A stretch of DNA of 51,828 nt. Origin: Candidatus Gottesmanbacteria bacterium RIFCSPLOWO2_01_FULL_43_11b. Its GTDB lineage: Bacteria > Patescibacteriota > Microgenomatia > UBA10105 > UBA927. The stretch covers positions 103,466-155,293 of the forward strand of contig MFJV01000001.1 in assembly GCA_001780985.1 (NCBI GenBank). The letters run 5' to 3'. The notes below the pieces were generated by a model. It was not told where the DNA came from. It saw only the letters and a list, made by a program, of their open reading frames with translations, and searched no databases. A program made the position numbers and the translations under genes. Positions 51,756 through 51,828 of this stretch are shown here, one piece after another (positions within the stretch are counted from its first letter, which is position 1; every line of letters begins with the position of its first letter).

Positions 51756-51828
51756 TGATTGACTATATTCTTACCTGTTTCTGTTCCTGCCTGTTTTTTA
51801 GCAATATTTCGAGGATCCCCTTTTCTTG

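Noticed and set aside
1-51828. Alternative genetic code (UGA reassigned, as in Gracilibacteria/Absconditabacteria).
   Set aside because: TGA terminates conserved genes at the expected lengths (folD, rpmE, ychF, the TrpR-like gene). No conserved gene shows in-frame TGA.

Overview
This is about 52 kb of a very compact bacterial chromosome. TGA, TAA and TAG all act as stops. The many short or minimal housekeeping proteins suggest a small-genome uncultivated lineage (CPR/Patescibacteria-like), but that is inference only.

Most of the window is housekeeping:
- gyrB-hppA-gyrA, then folD and a Xer recombinase
- yebC, a Kef-type antiporter, rluA-family, dksA/traR-like, lgt
- tRNA-Leu(CAA), dnaB
- pepP, hisS, rpmE, prfA
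- htrA, ctp, rpsR-ssb-rpsF, ychF
- thpR, archaeal-type PEP carboxylase, an aminotransferase, malic enzyme
- rmuC, cysS

The accessory stretch lies between ychF and thpR (about 33.3-39.1 kb). It holds three orphan ORFs (two are tandem paralogues) and a decayed type I restriction HsdR N-terminal remnant. It also holds the most interesting locus: a tightly packed operon of higB, a HigA-ImmA/IrrE fusion and a Beta-protein (sce7725-like) gene. This operon converges on, and overlaps, a PD-(D/E)xK (sce7726-like) gene. I read this as a candidate uncharacterised defence or abortive-infection module.

Other points worth a second look:
- an 880-bp ORF-free, hairpin-rich region next to the xer gene, at a point where gene orientation converges
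- an RF1 that lacks domain 1, preceded by a 19-codon upstream ORF that duplicates its own 5' end with mostly synonymous differences
- a similar synonymous-only duplication of the gyrB 3' end, ahead of an hppA gene wedged between gyrB and gyrA
- a recurring extended -10 box (TGCTATAAT-like) 6-8 nt upstream of start codons, implying many leaderless mRNAs
- 3'-end overlap in almost all convergent gene pairs
- a C39-like peptidase gene interrupted by one in-frame TAA
- a TrpR-like gene followed by four tandem 8-mers around a GTTAAC palindrome
- a G+C-rich double-hairpin segment inside ychF

No rRNA, CRISPR array, transposase or reverse transcriptase was seen.

The supplied ORF track translates GTG and TTG starts as M. 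Several starts were therefore moved to downstream ATGs where conserved N-termini, promoters or the tRNA required it.
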